DNA from: Carcharhinus amblyrhynchos
Lineage: Eukaryota
DNA: 64,000 nt
Reading direction: 5' to 3'
Assembly (NCBI GenBank): GCA_965287045.1
Contig: OZ336872.1
Span: 32,550,001-32,614,000 of the forward strand
In this document: in pieces, positions 37,462-50,204 of the stretch
How the letters are laid out: every line of letters begins with the position of its first letter
Numbering within the stretch: the stretch's first letter is position 1
Position numbers and translations under genes: made by a program
Notes under the pieces: model-generated
Told to the model about the DNA's origin: nothing
What the model saw: only the letters and a program-made list of their open reading frames with translations
Databases searched by the model: none

Positions 37462-39008
37462 ACCAATCTGAGGTCCCTATCTGCTTCACGAAGACAACCT
37501 TCATTCCTGTGTCAAAAAGCCAGGCAGCATGCCTTAATGACTATTTTCCAGTGGCTCTCTGACATCAATCATTATGAAGTGCTTAGAAAGATTAGTCATG
37601 ACACAAATCAATTCTTGCCTCCCAGATTGCCTGGATCCACGACAGTTCGCCTGTCGCCACAACAGGTTCACAGCAGACGCCATCTCTCTACCCTCAACCC
37701 TGCAGCATGTAGATAACAAAGTCACTTACGTCAGGCTCATATTTAATGACTGCAGTTCAGCCTTCAACACCATTATTCCATCAAAACATATCTCCAAACT
37801 CCGTGGCCAGGGGCTCAGCTTCTCCTTATGCAACTGTATCCTAGACTTCCTAACCCACAGACTGCAATCAGTAAGGATAGGGAAAAACACCTCCTCCATG
37901 ATCATTCTCAACACCTGTGCCCCACAAGGCTGTGTCCTCAGCCCCTCACTATACTTCTTATAGACCCATGACTGTGTGGCCACATTCCCCTCCAACGCGA
38001 TCTTCATGTTTGCTTATGACACCACTGTGGTGAGTCGGATCTTAAACAATGATGAGATGGAGTACAGGAAAGAGATAGAGGATCTGGTGAAATGGAAGGA
38101 CAACAATAATCTCTTCCTCAATACCAACAATGTGAAGGAGATAGTCATCAACTTCAGGAAATGTAGTGGAAGACATGCCCCTGTCTACATCGTAAAAAGT
38201 CTGACAACACCAGGTTTAAGTCCAACCAATTTATTTGATAGTAAACTCACTAGCTTTCCTAGTGAGCTAGTGAGTTTACTATCAAATAAATCGGTTGGAC
38301 TTAAACCTGGTGCTGTCAGACTTTTTACTGTGTTTACCCCAGTCCAACACCGGCATATCCACATCCTGTCTACATCAACAGGGATGAAGCGGAAACTGTC
38401 CAGAATTTCAAGTTCCTCAGTATTCAGATCACCAACAACCTTTCCTGGTCCTCCACGCCAACACTATAGTTAAGTAAGCCCACCAGCACCTCTACTTTCT
38501 CAGATGGCTAAGGAAATTTGGCGTGTCTGCTATGATTCCCACCAACGTCTACAGATGCACCACAGAAAGTATTCTTTCTGCTTGTGTCACAGCTTGGTAT
38601 GGCTCCTGCTCTGTCTAAGACTGCAAGAAACGTGAACAAAGTCCAGTCCATCACATAACCAGCTCCCATCCACTGATGCTGTCTACACTTCCTCTGGCCT
38701 CGGAAAAGCATCCAGCATAATTAAGGACCCCACGCACCTCAGACATACTCTCTTTCGTCGGGAAAAAGATACAAAAGTCTGACTTCATGTACCAACCGAA
38801 CAGTTTCTCCTCTGCTGCCATCAGACTTTTGAATGGACCTACCTTGTATTAAATTGGTCTTTCTCTACATTCCAGCTATGAATGTAATACAACATTCTGC
38901 ACTCTCTCCTTTCCTTCTCCATGTACAGTACGCTTTGTCTGCAAAGCATGCAAGAAACAATACTTTTCCCTGTATACTAATACATGTGACAATAATAAAT
39001 CAAATCAA
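37462..39008 (+). mobile_element. Rex1/Babar-clade LINE, 5'-truncated and decayed
   Basis: MKCLERLVMTQINSCLPDCLDP, NRFTADAIS, YVRLIFNDCSSAFNTIIP, APQGCVLSPSL, FMFAYDTTVV; tail catgtgacaataataaatcaaatcaa. Confidence 0.9.
38192..38364. mobile_element. Penelope-like fold-back insertion lacking the hammerhead core
   Basis: TSD cctgtctacatc (38180-38191 / 38365-38376); arms meet at tagctttc|ctagtgagctagtgag. Confidence 0.9.
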
Positions 39009-39769
39009 TGTTGATTTGAGCCAACAATTCTAGTGGTATCCAGGAAAGTGGATGTTCAAAGTGAGCAGGCTGCTTCAATGACGGGAACTCAACCACCAGC
39101 GCCAACATTTCTTTGCAGGTGCTCAACTAAAGCAGGGGAAACCTCATGAATGAATGCAAATTGGGGGTCGATAGCCTTGACAACCTTTTAACTAGGGCTG
39201 GATTTTTCCACCAGAGTAAAGCAGATCAGCAACTATAAGAATAGGGCTGCTAATCTCCAAGATTTTGCTGAGGACTCCAGAATTTAAAGATTCATCTCCT
39301 GCAAGTAATTGTGTGCAACAGAACATCGAAACATTTGTATTAAAAAACTGGTGCCCTTTTAAAACTTTTTGAACACTTTATTTGTTCCAAAAATATACTG
39401 GCAATGGTAAGGAACTTTATTTTTACTGCATAGAGCAGTTGGCAGTATGAGGTAATGTGATGGAACATCCAGATATAGTCCAACTGGAGCTGAAGAACCT
39501 TAATGAGGACTCAGAGGTCTCCTCGGTAAATCAAGATGGTTTGTTTGGTGGAGACAGGGAAAGTAGGAGTCCTCCTCTGGGTCTCTTGATCACTCCTGCC
39601 CTGTATTCTCTATCCCAAACATCTCCATCTAAGGATGCTACCTTGTCTGCCCTGCTAACTCTCTGCCTCCTCTTTAAAGATTTGATCTCAGGACATTGAT
39701 GAGGTACACAAGATTTTATTTTTTTTACAAATGAATGGCTTACTAGGTTACATCAGAGAATGCTAAGTG

Positions 39770-39985
39770 TTTGTCACATGTAGTGCAGAGTTATGTGTAG
39801 ACCAGACCTGATAAGGATAGCAGGATTTCTGTTCTGAAGGACATGAGTAAACCAGTCATATATTTACAATAATTCAGCAACATTCATGCTCATTAATAAT
39901 TTCAGTATCACAATTTAGATGGGATTTGAGCTCACAATTTCTACGTTGCAAATCTGATGTTATAAACAATACAAAACTACCGCAT
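39770..39985 (-). mobile_element. Decayed tRNA-SINE (15703 family)
   Basis: atgtgtagaccagacctgataaggatagcag...ggacatgagtaaaccag matches 15810-15880. Confidence 0.55.
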
Positions 39986-41238
39986 GCTGTATTTCTCCAG
40001 CAGGACATGTATGAAATTTACAAGTAAATGTATTTCATTGTCACCAATGCTATCGTATTAGATGTAAAGACACATCAACAGCTTTGAGTTTCGTTCTCTT
40101 TAAAAAATATTCAGCAAAACAACTTGGGCCGTGCTAAACATTTCTCTCCTGGCACATTCAAAATTATTTAATCCTAGCTCGAATATTCCAGCAAAAATAG
40201 GAGCACGTGGCCAGATACAAGCGGTCAGCATCATAAGCAGCATAAAGGCCAGATTTTCATATCTCTTTAGCATATTTGTCAGTCAATTAGAGAAATGAAG
40301 AGTCTTTGTATTTGAATGGTATTTTCTTTAGCCCGTGGGATGTGACATTTTTCTTTACTGCCTTAAGAATTCAGTTCGGTAGGAGGACGAAGCATGCTTG
40401 TGAATACTCTGCTGACCTAACCTTTTCACATGGAGGTACAATGGCAGCTGAGGAGGATCTGTAAAAAATATCAAACTAATACACTAGCACTGCATTGAAT
40501 AATGGCCTTCCACAATTCACTACACAGTTTGTTTTCCTAACTAAACTTGACAGCAGTTTAAAGTTTAAAAATTTTGAGAATTGGATCATGGGCAGTGAAA
40601 CTGTTGTTGAATATTCAATACAGACACATTACAAAATGGATTCTTCTGAGTTTCCAGTGGATTGTAATTATACACTCAGGACCCCAGATGTGACATTTAG
40701 CCAGCACAGCATTACCAGATGTTAAATCTTTAACTCACAAGCCATACATTGCAGCAATGAACATGTTCTGCTCAGCAGTGCATAAGTACTTTCCTAATAG
40801 AAAATTAGAAAAAGACTTGAGTTCACCTGACTAGTTTATTAAAACTGACATGATCACAAAGGACTTTGTGACCTATGTAACCTTTTATGCAGTCAGAGGT
40901 AGGATACTGATTGCCTTCATTAGCACAGTTGATAATTGTAGGAAAAAAATGACAGGGTAGAAAAGGTGTGAAGATCTTGTCGAGCTAATTGCACCACCAG
41001 CTGCTTGCAGTGCTTCATGCTATAGCTGTTAACTGACCATTGCCATCATCACTTTGTTAAAAAAAATCTGGAATTAAGGAGAAAAGCTCTTCACATCTAC
41101 TGAGGTCATTTACTATGTATTCTCTAATGATGTTCATTGAATTTCATTTTATATTTTATTGAAAGGTTAATTTGCATTAATTCATCTTAAATACATATGT
41201 ATGGAAAAGATTACTCTTTGTCTAAGTGATGTACAAAT

Positions 41239-41591
41239 GGGTGGCATGGTGGCACAGATGGTCAGCACAGTGGCACAGCAGTTAGCACTGCTGTCTCACA
41301 GCACCAGGGATCCAGGTTCAATTCTGGCCTTGGATGACTGTATGGAGTTTGCATGTGGGTTTCCCTGAGGTGTTCCAGTTTCTTCCCACAGTCCAAAGAT
41401 GTGCAGGTTAGATGGATTGGCCATGCTAAATTGCACCAACTGTGTAGGTTAGGTGGATTAGCTATGATGGTTGTGCTGCATTGGAAGGATGGGGATAGTG
41501 CAGGAGGTGGACCTGGATGGGATGCTTTTCAAAGGATCAATGCAGACTCAACGGAATGAATGGTGTCCTTCTGCACTGTAGGGATTCTATG
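41239..41591 (+). mobile_element. HE1-type V-SINE (diverged)
   Basis: Head, V-domain cccacagtccaaagatgtgcagg, tail ctgcactgtagggattctatga. Confidence 0.88.
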
Positions 41592-44271
41592 AAATGACTG
41601 ATTTGGATACGTTTACACTCCAGTCTTCCTCCTCATCAATAATGGCTTTGTACAGAGCCATTATTACAAGTACAAAGCCATTATTATAAGTACAAAGCAA
41701 TGGCTGGTGTATTTTCACTTTCCTGCACATTGTGTTTTCCTTCTTTTTCTTTTTAACGGAAATCCCTTTGATGCTGGCAGTCTGTAAATGGAAGCCACAT
41801 GCAGGATAGACCATCAAACAGCAGCCTGGAGGCAATGCTACAAATCCACAGCTTTAAAAGGCCTCCATTATCGTGAAGCCTAGGGTTCTCAGCTCTTTAT
41901 CAATCTGATACTGAAACCACTCGTGGTAATGCAAACACTGTGCTAAGTTCTTATATGCTAAGAAACGCTAAACTGGCCCAAGAAAGTGTGGTGCTATTTT
42001 ACCAAAAAAATACAAATGCTAATACTTCTGTAGCGGCATTTATTTTATTATTCAAGCTAATTTAAATATAAAACACTGTATGCGGGAAAAATATAAAAGA
42101 TCCATCCTTGACAAACGTAAAATGAAAAATGTCAATAGTTCCCTAGCTAACCCACCCCATTCCTGAAACTACGTTTTAAATGCAGTAATTTTCTATGTAA
42201 ATCAACGGTGAATAATAAATAACTACTTATGAAGTGATTGATGGTATTTATTATTAGGCAGCAGCATCATAATTGTTATGCTTCCAGGCAGCCCATGACA
42301 CAACATGCTGATCTTCACATTTGCCTTGCTCGTTGATCTGGAGAAGGTGTAATAAGTTTCATTTGATGTATATGAAAGAACAACTTCCAACAATTGAAAA
42401 CAAAAGTTCCCTTGGGGGAGAGCAAGGTAAACAAACTATACTCCATAACTTTCTCTACGCTATGTCAAGGTAACCTTTATTAAAGTTCATGCATATTAAA
42501 CTGTACTACTTCAAATACAAACAGTTCTGTTTATCTTGAGGCTGCTTGTTCTCTGGGATCCAGCTCACTTACAGAAGTGGGCAGATTTCAGAGCATGATC
42601 AGTAGCACAAAAACTGAGCATGTGCAATTATGCAAATATTGCTCTTATGACTTCCATTTCCATTTGCAGGCGTTCTTCAGTAGCTTGGGGTGGAGGGAGG
42701 GAGGGAGGGTGGCTGGTGGGCACAGACTAGCAATGTATAAAATTTGTAAAAGTGGCTGAGCAAAACAACGTGCCAACCACTGATACACAATGATGTTTTA
42801 CATTTACTAGACCAATAGATCTGAAGGAAAAGCTAACTTTAGCTGCCACTAGAACTACTGCCAGCTTTTGTATGATACAGTGGTGTTGCGAAAGCATCAC
42901 TGATCACAGTGTTGTGATGGATAAACAGCATCAATCTGCTCTAACAGTGCAAACAGAATTTCTCAGCCTCACTCAATGCTTCCTGGAACGCAACCCTTTC
43001 TAATTTTTCCAGCTTCTCCTGTTCTCTTTCCTGTTGTCACCACTCTCTTCTTTGTCACTCTTTCTCTCCCCCCATGATGTCTGCCTTTTCTCTCAATTGT
43101 ACAGTGGAATTCCCTTGTTGGTTTGCAGTGGCAGTACTCAGAGTAATAGCCATGTATTACACACTTCTGTTGAGACAGAGAATGAATTGCAGTATTAGTC
43201 CTCCCATGTCAGGTTGTGAACATATGAGCTTGGGAGCAATGGGCTGTGCAGGATTGAGAAAGGAGTTCCTCACCACTAACTTGCTCAGCATGAATAGGGA
43301 TTATCTGCAAGTTTTTGTGCATCAGTTGAGTTATTTAATTTAACCTAATTTGAACTCAGCACTCGAGGTCACTTTGGTTCAAATTCTTTAAAGATTGAAT
43401 TATTTAAGCCATAATATTATGCTCATGCTTCTAGTATTTTAATTTAGGAACATTATTAAAATAACTTAATATTAAAATGCCTGTCAAAATGAAGAGTGAA
43501 CATAGAAGTTGTGCTATTGCTCAGAAGGAGATAATTGCACAGAAAAAAACCAATCTTTTCTGGACTCATGAATTCACTCCCAAGTTTGTGCACTCTCAAC
43601 TGTTGAGTGATGACAGACTTGGGCTTTATAAAGTATACAGTTAAGAAATAGAAAACAAGCATAAATGAGCAACTCTGGAGAGAAAGCCACAGAACACTGG
43701 GAAATTAGAAAAAGAACTTAAGTGTGCAAATGGTTATGCATAATACCACACACAAGTCAACCCATCTGTCTTTCCTGGGGACAGGTGGCCTCTGGTTGAT
43801 ACCAAGGGTATGATCACACACAGGTAAAGCCCTGCAAGAAAGAACGCTATCCTGACATTGCACAGCTCAACAGGCCAATGTGATACAAAAACAGAAAAAG
43901 CTGGAAAATCCCAGCAGATTTGGATGGATTCAGCAGTGTCCTTTACAGGATTGTAATGAGTGGACTTGATAGTCTGAAGTTCTTTGTCTACTCTTATTTT
44001 CACACACTTGAAAGTGCACCCATAAAAGCTGACTCAAACTTTATTTGCTTGACCACATGTTTTCAATCACCTTCCCTCATACCTTTTTTGCCAATCTTTA
44101 AATGTCCATGATAAAAATCTGCTTTTAATTGTTGGTGCGCAGAACAAATTTAAAGTTCGTCTTACCTGGCTGGAGCTCTCCCTTTGTTGTTTCATTAAAA
44201 GGAAAGTGTACGCTGATTATGTAAAATGATTCTAATCCCATAATGGTACCTACTGGAGTTTTGTTGCAGTT

Positions 44272-44407
44272 GGGTGCAATCTTTCCGGCTGTTCGTGCCA
44301 CGCTCCCACTGCAGTGAGATTGGAGAATTTGGTGCCTAGCCAAATTTCCGTTCACTACAGCAGGACTGGAAAATCCCACTGGCATGAACATTGGTAACAT
44401 TCCAGCC
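44272..44407. mobile_element. MITE (family A)
   Basis: gggtgcaatcttt...acattccagcc; core shared with 137-271. Confidence 0.6.
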
Positions 44408-45249
44408 ATAGAAATTGATTGCAGGAATTATTATTTTTGTTGAATTTTAGTACATTTATCAATGAAAGGCATCAATGCTCAATTTACTCCCAGTAAATCT
44501 TATATGATGACAACAATGCACGCTTCTTTCCTCTCAACCCATTCATCAAAAATATACAATCTGGTTACAATAGGAATTGGTTAGAGGGACTTTTCCAACT
44601 CACATTTAACCACATTGATCCTGCCTCAGATGGATAAAGCACATTCTTTTAAGTGCACTAAGTGCACAGTAACAACCCAATTATAATATTGCATCTTGAG
44701 CTGCATCATGTCACTAAATACAACATGTAGTAATGGTCTATATGAGTAAATCAGTGTTATGGAACTAAAGTTAGAAATAAATTTTATTTAAATTGCTTCA
44801 CATACAACTAGACATCAGAGCAAGAACTGTTTGGAATATATACTTAATTACCTACATGGATACTACAACACAGAAACACACTATTTGTGCAACCAGTCCA
44901 CATGACCAGTAGTCCTAATTCCAAATGCTTGCCCTATCCCTGTAACCCCTTTTCAACTACTTACATAACTCATTCTCAAATGTTTACACAGACTCAACTT
45001 TATTTCTGCATTCCACAACTTCACAATTTTGTAAAAACTTTTTCTTGCTGTCTGTCCTATATATCTTAAATGTATTAAGATATCTAGTTCTGCCTTTAAC
45101 AGAAATAGATTTATTTCCTCTGTTGTGTTCCATTTCTTGAGAATTATGACAAAAACAGCCCCAATTTCTTTTGTTGTATCTGTATTTCCGACAACAGCTA
45201 AGGTCATCTGCATTGTACCCTCTGTGGTGACACAACATTCTTCACTGGA

Positions 45250-46320
45250 ACACAGAAACAAGAGTCTGCCATTTAACCTCAGCCTCAAGCCTGTTCCACC
45301 ATTCAAGATACCATGGCCTAGAGGTAACCTCATTCCATATCCCTGCTTTTGGCCTATAATCCCTTAGTACCTATAGCTAATAAAAATCTAGTCATCACGG
45401 TTTTTAAATGTACAACTAATTTTGCAAATATTGGCATCTGTGGAAAACTGCTACCGGCCAGTATGTGAAGCAGCACTTAGTCTCATTCTTGAAAAGTCTG
45501 ATCCTAATTTTTATATCATCATCAATCCTGCACTCCCAAACCACTGGAAATAATTTCTCCCAATCTACCCTAACCTTTCTCTTAATATTTTGAATATATA
45601 GATCAAAATACCCCTTCAGCTTCTAAATTCAAGGGAATGCAGCCCCAGTTTGTTTAATCGCTCCTTAAAGCTCACCTCTTTGATTCAAGATACCAGTCTA
45701 ATAAATGTAAGTTGTACTCTCCCAAGGTCAGTGTATCCTTCCTGAGGAATGGTGACCAGAACTGATCACAGTGTTCTAGTTATGGCCAAACTACTGCTTA
45801 GTATATGTAAAATGTGCCTTCTCCCCTGTGTATTCTAGTCCTCGTAAAAAGTCTGACAACACCAGGTTTTAGTCCAACCGATTTATTTGATAGTAAACTC
45901 ACAAGCTTTCGAGGGGACTCCCTCTTCGTCAGGTCACACATCCACATCATATTCTAGTCCTCTACATATAAAGGATAAAGGATGGCACTCCATTAGCCTT
46001 TTTGATCATTTTCTGTACCTGCTCGTGACATTTTAATGATCTGTGAATCTGTGCCCTTGTACCCCATTCTAGTTTTTTACCATACAGAAAAAAAAACTAT
46101 TCTTTAGGGCCAAGATGACAGCACATTTCCCAACAATCAAATTAATTTGTCAGTTTTTCCCATTCACTTAATTTATTGCTATCATTTTCTAATCTTATAT
46201 TTCCACTGCATATATTACCACCAATCTTAATGCCATTGGCAAATTTGGATATGTGGCTTAGTTGTTAATTAATACAGTGAATAATTGAGGTCTCAATACA
46301 GATCCTTCTGGGATACCATG
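45250..46320 (-). mobile_element. Old CR1 3' fragment
   Basis: Antisense tail (gcctgttccaccattcaa) and RT C-terminal remnants (gaccagaactgatcacagtg). Confidence 0.7.
45844..45949 (-). mobile_element. Penelope-like insertion with one hammerhead core and a ~10-bp opposite arm
   Basis: TSD tattctagtcctc (45831-45843 / 45950-45962); minus strand ac CTGACGA a gaggg agtc ccctc GAAA gc tt gtgag. Confidence 0.88.
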
Positions 46321-47149
46321 GGTGGCATTTAATGGGTGGAGAGCTAGCAAGAGCTTCTTTTGGGCAAGGCCTGACATATATAAGCATTTAACTGGATAGC
46401 AATGGGTTCCCCAGGATCAAGGACCTCAAGCGTTTAAGCTCCGTCGAATGACAGCTGCAGGCTAGTCAGAGGTTGGTAGGAAAGTTTGAATTGAGCAGCA
46501 GTGGTTGCTGCCAGAACTACACCCACCTAAGGCCTAGGATTCCAGTCCACAAGTTAGTGATGGCAAGATGGGGAGGGGAAAGCAGGGGCAGCAACAAGGT
46601 CATGGGGTGGCTCTCAATAGGCCTCCTCATTCGTGATGCTGGTTCATTCAATCAGCACTGTGTCTTTGAATGAGGGTCCCCATCCATGACTCCCAAGAGC
46701 CCATCAGCAATTCCGTGTGTTTGGTTGTCATGCTGCCTACATGGCAACCCCACACCCCATCTCTTAAATTGTCCATAGTTGTACCTTTGGGAAAGTATAA
46801 GATTTGCCTTTCATAGGTATAAATTACTTGAGGCGGGAGGGTATGTGTGGCCGTGTCCAGTTAGATCAGTTGGCAAGATGAGTAGTATGTGGTTCAGAAT
46901 AATACATTCAATTCCCATTCCAGTGCAGCTTCCCCTGGATAATTAAACTGTGCTGGAAACTATTCAATAACGCGATTTAAATTGCTAACTTCAGATGGTC
47001 CTGCAGGTGTTACGCTACCAGCTACTCTGAAAGAGTTAGAAGAAATTAAAGCACTTCTGACTTCAGTGTAAGTATTTTAGGAATCCAGACTGAGACTGGC
47101 ATGGGACAATGCCCATACAGGCTACCCCCATGTAATTCCTCCTCACTAT

Positions 47150-47520
47150 TCCCCCTCAACGAAGCATCCCACCATTGGAATTTCTTATCCGTAATCCCCC
47201 ACCCAGAGGGGATTCCCCACCCCACAATCTGACCCCAACCCCATCACTGCTGATCTGACCAAACACCAACCCAATCAGGCCCCAAACCCCTCCCGACGTG
47301 CCCCTCCCCTTGGATCTGACCCAACCCATGCCCTCTGAGGTCCAACACCCCCCAGAAATGTCTGACACCCCTGATGTCTGATCCCCGCACCCGCCCCGCC
47401 CCCCACTCCACCCCCAAAGGGATCCCCTCATAGCTGAACTCCTTTCTGCCACGGAGATTTCCCTTTCTCCCTTTCAGAAGCTATAGGTGTGAGCAGGCCC
47501 CTTTAAAGTCCTCTGACAGA
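47150..47520 (-). repeat. C-rich degenerate repeat, antisense of the 35665 family
   Basis: tctgaccc/ccaacacccc units; cctttaaa motif is the reverse complement of tttaaagg at ~35670. Confidence 0.45.
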
Positions 47521-47864
47521 GGGGAAATGTCAATTTCACTAGAGGTGGGGGGAATACCAGTCTGTACATCTGTGCAAGGCCCCAATGTATGCATAAAGCT
47601 TTGGTTTGAAGTTTCTGAGCCTTCAAGTTAAATCCTTTAAAACCCTATTGATTCCATTGAAACCCTTTGATTTCTAACAAAGGCTCTTGAGGTATGAGAA
47701 ATGATCCATATTGTCCAGAGGCTCACCATGGTTCTTGATAGTTGGGGGGCAGTTTTGTGTGGCAGGAGTGGGCAGGGAGATAACCTTTGTTTTCCAGATG
47801 TTTAGTCTAAGGCCCATTCTCTAATTTACCTTGGTGAATGGCCAAGCTACAATGGTTAGTCACT

Positions 47865-48631
47865 TGGCCTCTGCACATACAGGGATTGTCTATGTACTGC
47901 AGCTTGATGACAGAGGTTGTGGTGATCTTAGTTCTGGCCTGGGGTTGACAGAGGTAGAATATTTTCCCGCTTGTCCAATGGTTTAGCTCCATGCCAGCGG
48001 GGAGCTTCAGGGTGATGGTTTGAGGTAGCGTTGCAAGGCAGATGGAGAAGAGCTATGTTTCATTCCAGTTTGCACATGTATTGGGTCTGTGGTAGTTCCA
48101 TTGGTGAGGATCACATCAAAAAAGCCATCCAACAGCTGAAAAACAACAAGGCACGGATGGAAAGCCTGCTGGAATATTAAAATGTGGCAGAGCGGCACTC
48201 TTGACAAGAATCCATAACTTCATCACCCTTGTCTGGAAGGAAGAGAGCATGCCAAGAGATCTCAGAGATGCCTTGATCGTGACCTTCAGAAAAAATGAGA
48301 CAGGTCCAGCTGTGGAAATTACAGAGAGATTTCTCTGCTCTGCACCATGGGAAAGGTCACGGCAAGAATCCTTATCAGCTGCCTCATCCCTGTGACTGAG
48401 TCCAGCTTCCACCCATCAAGAAGCACAATGGGCATGATCTTCAGCGTGCAACACATACAGGAAAAGTGCAGGAAGCAGCATCAACCTCCACACATGCTCT
48501 TCTTTGATCTCTCAAAAGCCTTCGACTCTGTCAAGTGTGAGGAATTGTGGAAAATCCTCCTCAAATTCGGTTGCCTGCAGAACGTTGGCTGCATTCTCCG
48601 CCTGCTCCACAATGACATGCAAGCCGGTGAT
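47865..48631. mobile_element. RTE-clade LINE RT fragment with an internal inversion
   Basis: + strand 48115-48631: IKKAIQQLKNNKA...WKEESMPRDLRDALIV...STMGMIFSVQHIQEKC...FFDLSKAFDSV...LLHNDMQA; - strand from 48114: VILTNGTTTDPIHVQTG. Confidence 0.85.
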
Positions 48632-48967
48632 TTAATCAGCATGGTTGGAATGAATTACAACAGAATGTTTTTTAAAAAAGTGAGCCCTCTGGATATTAAA
48701 ACACTGAGTCCTCCGTTATTCCCCATTGAAAAAGCTGTAGCAAACTCTGAGCTATTACTGATCAATATCTTATTTGATAGAACTATTTTCTTTCATGTTC
48801 TTGTGACCTACTTTAAGTGAATATATTTGAACAGCTTTAAGGGGTATTCACAGAAAACAGCAAGACAGGTGGCGGGGGGAGGTCAGAAAAATCCCTGTGA
48901 TGTCTGTTGATAGCTTCAAATCAAGCAATTGTGAAAATGGGATAGTAGGGCTGGATTTCCCAAAAGA

Positions 48968-49499
48968 ACTACTGTGCGCAGTTCTGGTCGCCTCACTACA
49001 GGAAGGATGTGGAAGCTATTGAAAGGGTGCAGAGGAGATTTACAAGGATGTTGTCTGGATTGGGAGGCATGCCTTATGAAAATAGGTTGAGGGAGCTAGG
49101 TCTCTTCTCCCTGGAGAGACGAAGGTTGAGCGGTGACTTGATAGAGGTTTATAAAATGTTGAGGGGAATAGATAGGGTGGATTCTCGGAGGCTATTTCCC
49201 AGGGCTGAAATGGTCGCTACGAGAGGACACAGGTTTAAGGTGCTGAGGAGCAAGTACAGAGTAGATGTTAGGGGTAAGTTTTTCACTCAGAGGGTGGTGA
49301 GTGAGTGAGTGGATCGGCTACCATTGGTGGTGGTAGAGGCAAACTCGCTGGGGTTTTTTAGAAGACTTCTGGATGAGTACATGGGATTTAATGGGATTGG
49401 GACTTACAGATAGTTCTATGGCCTGGTAGGTATGGATGTGATCGGCGCAACTTGTGGGCCGAAGGGCCTGTTTGTGCTGTAGTGTTCTATGTTCTATGA
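48968..49499 (+). mobile_element. CR1 3' end (different subfamily), young
   Basis: EAIERVQRRFTRML...LFSLERRRLSGDLIEVYK...RGKFFTQRVV; tail (gttctat)n. Confidence 0.93.
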
Positions 49500-50204
49500 G
49501 ACAAGAATTGAGTACAGAAACCTTCCATCTAGGCAGATCGGTCTCCTTCATGAAAGCTGCTACGCACAATATTTTCATTCCAGGACAGTGGAGATGAATG
49601 GAGTCAGGCTCACTAGACTAGAGGCAACAATGGAGGTGGGCAGGCAGTGAGGTCAGTAACCTGGTGCACCCATTTACTGAGACATCAGCCCAGTTGTAAT
49701 GATGAATGTAAGACTTTCAAACTGTCATCCCTCATTCTTCCACCCCACAAGAGTCCATGCCACATGTGTCTCTAACATATCAATTAATGCCTCATGCCAC
49801 CTCATATTTCCCAAACCACCTCATATCCTCTATGGATATCCAAACCCACTCTTCCAGTATCCACTTTGTACAGAACCAATGAGCCATTGAGACATTCGAC
49901 AAGTCTTGGAAATAATCCTGAAACTAACACAATAAATAATGTCTTTGAAAAGATCCATTGAAAAATATGGTTCTGCTTACAGAATTTTAAAAACGGCAAT
50001 CAACAGCAGCCATTCATACTATCAATGTCAGAAGCTTTTATCTATTTCAAACTTCTTAATTATTCATAATAAAAAGGTCAATCCATCAAAGCTTTCATTC
50101 ACCTCTGCAACTGTATAGATATTGCTTGCTGAAATCTGAATGTATTAGCCATTCTTGGAATTCAGCCAAGCATTCATAATGAGGCTACTTGGCCACTGTA
50201 ACAA

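Noticed and set aside
42629-42636. Octamer as an immunoglobulin V-gene promoter
   Set aside because: No leader exon, V exon or recombination signal sequence is visible downstream
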